From Rhizaria sp. SCN 62-66 (Eukaryota), in assembly GCA_001724265.1 (NCBI GenBank), contig MEDY01000004.1, positions 62,001 to 126,000 of the forward strand: a DNA stretch of 64,000 nt, in the 5' to 3' direction. The translations under genes and the position numbers were made by a program. Position 1 is the stretch's first letter, and every line of letters begins with the position of its first letter. The notes below the pieces were generated by a model. That model ran no database searches and was not told the DNA's origin. It saw only the letters and a list, made by a program, of their open reading frames with translations. Below are positions 61,928 to 64,000 of this stretch, in pieces.

Positions 61928-62745
61928 GCTGTGTCAGTTGCCGTGCGTTCACGGCTTCTGCTGCTTTGCTGACTCACGTATCAGTCGGCGTCTTGTGCGC
62001 GCGCCTCTGGTTTTTCCCATGTTTGTGGCATGTACGGCCACGCGTATGCGCATGTTGCTTAGCACGATTTTGCGTTTGGAGGCTTACAGTGATCATTGTG
62101 TTTCGTTTGGCCATCTTATACTCTCGTGACTTCTGGACCGAAACGCAGGTTCAGTTCAAATAGCAATCCAACATGGATATAAGAAGGTCTTGCAATGACT
62201 TAAGCATATGTATCAGTACATATCCTATATCTGGGATACTTGTGCGCAGACACAATAACTAAATTAAGCTTATTTATGCGCGTATATCCCCGGTTTTACG
62301 TTCATTTTTTCTCTGACGAAGGAGGGCCCGATCGCGTGCGTACGGTTTAGACGGGAGCCTGGACAATTTCGATCATCTATTTAAAAAACAATACACTGCT
62401 GTCTTATTTATTTTAAGTTGAGTTAGTTGAATCGAGTTCGTTCTTGGTCAGATATCGCGTCTTTTGTGCCACTTCTAGAGTCCATTTTTCGACCCCGGCT
62501 TGACTTTTTCCTTCGGGCTCCTAGCCAGGCCGACCGAGTGCTCGCTCCGTGTCGACCCCGCAAGTTTCGCGGCACTCCTCGGTTCGCTATATTTTACTCG
62601 CCTTAAGTGGGAATTTCTTTACTTTAGAGCAGTCGGCGTGTTTTTCTACATAGATCACTTTTCATTTTCCCGACATCGCTCACTTTGCCCTCAACTTTAT
62701 CCACTTTGCGCGCCCGGCCTTCTCTCCCGAATAGTTTCCTGGCAG

Positions 62746-64000
62746 ATGTCCAAGAACAAGACCCGCGTCGCGATTAACGCTGTCGCCGGTAAGGCGAACA
62801 CCAAGGAGAAGGTTTCCAGTGGCCAGGCCTCCGTCGGTATCGACTTCGGCACCACCAAGATCTCCATCGCGGCCTACAAGCCCGACATTGGCGTCTTCGA
62901 CATTATCGTCAACGAGGATGGTGAGCGCGCCACTCCTTGCTACGTTGGTTTCACCAACACCGAGCGTGTCATTGGTACCCCTGCCAAGACTGCCGTCTCC
63001 CGTAACGTCGAGAACACTATCCACTCGTTCCGTGATGCCCTCAACTCCTCCTTCGGCGCCCTCCCCGCCGCGCAGAAGTCCTACGGTGTGTCCGTGCGCC
63101 CCGACGAGAATGACCGCACCGTCTACGAGGTCAAGTTTAAGGCCGAGGCCACGATGGTGACCCCCGACGAGCTCATCCAGGCCCTCTTTGAGCGCGTCAA
63201 GGCGCACGCCGACGGCTACTGGGATGAGGACGTCAAGAACCTCGTCCTCTCCGTGCCCTCCACCTTCTCCGCCGAGGCCCGCGAGGCCATGACCGCGTGC
63301 GCCAACAAGGCCGGCTTCGCCGTCACCGCCGTGCTCGCCGAGCCCCTCGCCGCCGCCATTTCCTTCGGCCTCGATGACGAGACCGCGGCTGATGCTGCCA
63401 TGAAGAAGAACATCCTCGTCGTCGACGTCGGTTCCTACTCGACCACCTTCTCCGTGCTCTCATCCCAGCACGGCCTGCTGTCACTCATCGACACCGACTG
63501 CACCCAGGAGATCGGCGCTACCCACGTCGACGCCCAGCTCTTCACGCACTTCTCCAAGGTCTTCACCACAAAGTTCCAGCTCGACCTCTCCGAGTCCAAG
63601 CGCGCCACCACGCGTCTGCTGCAGGCCTGCGAGGGCGTCAAGAAGTCCCTGTCGTCCATGCCCGCCGCGTCGGTCAAGCTCGACTCGCTGTTCGAGGGCC
63701 AGGACCTCTTCGCTGACGTCACCCGCGCGCGCATGGAGATGATGTGCGACTCGCTCTTCCGTTCCCTCCACAACGCGCTCGTCGCCTTCTTCAAGCGCCC
63801 CCACAACGTCCGCGCCTCGGCCATCACCCACATCGTGCTCGCCGGTGGCGGCGCCGCGCTGCCCCGCACCCAGGCCGTCATCGAGAACTTTTTCGCCGAG
63901 CAGACCGGCGCCTTCACGGCCACCGTGCTCAAGCAGACGCACCCCTCCGAGGCCGCCGTGTTCGGCTGCGCCAAGCAGGCCTCGCTGCTCGCCGGTGTCC
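62746..64000 (+). CDS. HSPA14: Atypical Hsp70 of the Ssz1/HSPA14 (ribosome-associated complex) type, partial
   Basis: My own translation from ATG 62746 stays open to the window end: VGIDFGTTKI, IVNEDGERATPCYVGF, VLSVPSTF, LAEPLAAAISFGL, ILVVDVGSYST, LDSLFEGQD, VTRARMEMMC, IVLAGG, PSEAAVFGCAKQASL. The divergent ATP-site motifs fit the Ssz1/HSPA14 subfamily rather than canonical Hsp70. Confidence 0.8.
   Translation, partial: MSKNKTRVAINAVAGKANTKEKVSSGQASVGIDFGTTKISIAAYKPDIGVFDIIVNEDGERATPCYVGFTNTERVIGTPAKTAVSRNVENTIHSFRDALNSSFGALPAAQKSYGVSVRPDENDRTVYEVKFKAEATMVTPDELIQALFERVKAHADGYWDEDVKNLVLSVPSTFSAEAREAMTACANKAGFAVTAVLAEPLAAAISFGLDDETAADAAMKKNILVVDVGSYSTTFSVLSSQHGLLSLIDTDCTQEIGATHVDAQLFTHFSKVFTTKFQLDLSESKRATTRLLQACEGVKKSLSSMPAASVKLDSLFEGQDLFADVTRARMEMMCDSLFRSLHNALVAFFKRPHNVRASAITHIVLAGGGAALPRTQAVIENFFAEQTGAFTATVLKQTHPSEAAVFGCAKQASLLAGV

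Noticed and set aside
50-63974. Hundreds of long overlapping or antisense ORFs (e.g. 4258-6114-, 24497-26497+, 40083-41657+, 53610-56027+)
   Set aside because: They are shadows of very GC-rich codon usage, where stops are scarce in the off frames. Their products are Arg/Ala/Pro-rich with no motifs, and each overlaps a recognisable gene.
1-64000. Prokaryotic systems (CRISPR, operons, defence islands), transposons or viral inserts
   Set aside because: The genes are eukaryotic with spliceosomal introns. I saw no repeat-spacer array, transposase, reverse transcriptase, terminal repeats or capsid genes.

Overview
Nuclear genomic DNA of a unicellular eukaryote (protist; lineage not assignable from this window). 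It is gene-dense, with very GC-rich, Ala-rich coding sequence separated by short AT-rich spacers and short AT/pyrimidine-rich spliceosomal introns. I can support 19 protein-coding genes: a partial hypothetical, PEX1, alternative oxidase, UPF2, phosducin-like PhLP2, a coiled-coil hypothetical, a giant Ufd2/UBE4 U-box ligase, an RS-rich membrane protein, a pectin acetylesterase/Notum-family esterase, kaptin (KPTN), a secreted reeler-like protein, purple acid phosphatase, a PTS1-bearing SDR, UBLCP1, site-2 protease, FEN1, a giant low-complexity protein with a DUF2608-like HAD domain, PIG-Y, and a partial Ssz1/HSPA14-type Hsp70. I found no rRNA, tRNA, CRISPR or mobile element. Four observations stand out. 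(1) An otherwise intact UBLCP1 carries an in-frame TAG, and none of 17 gene ends uses TAG, which suggests UAG reassignment or readthrough, although a nonsense allele or base-call error is not excluded. (2) Most start codons have a splice-acceptor-like signal just upstream, usually without the strongly conserved GTACG donor, which suggests spliced-leader trans-splicing. (3) The 5' splice consensus is an unusual GTACG. (4) Several conserved proteins are inflated about 1.5-3 fold by Ala-rich inserts. All family calls come from motif recognition by eye, not database searches.
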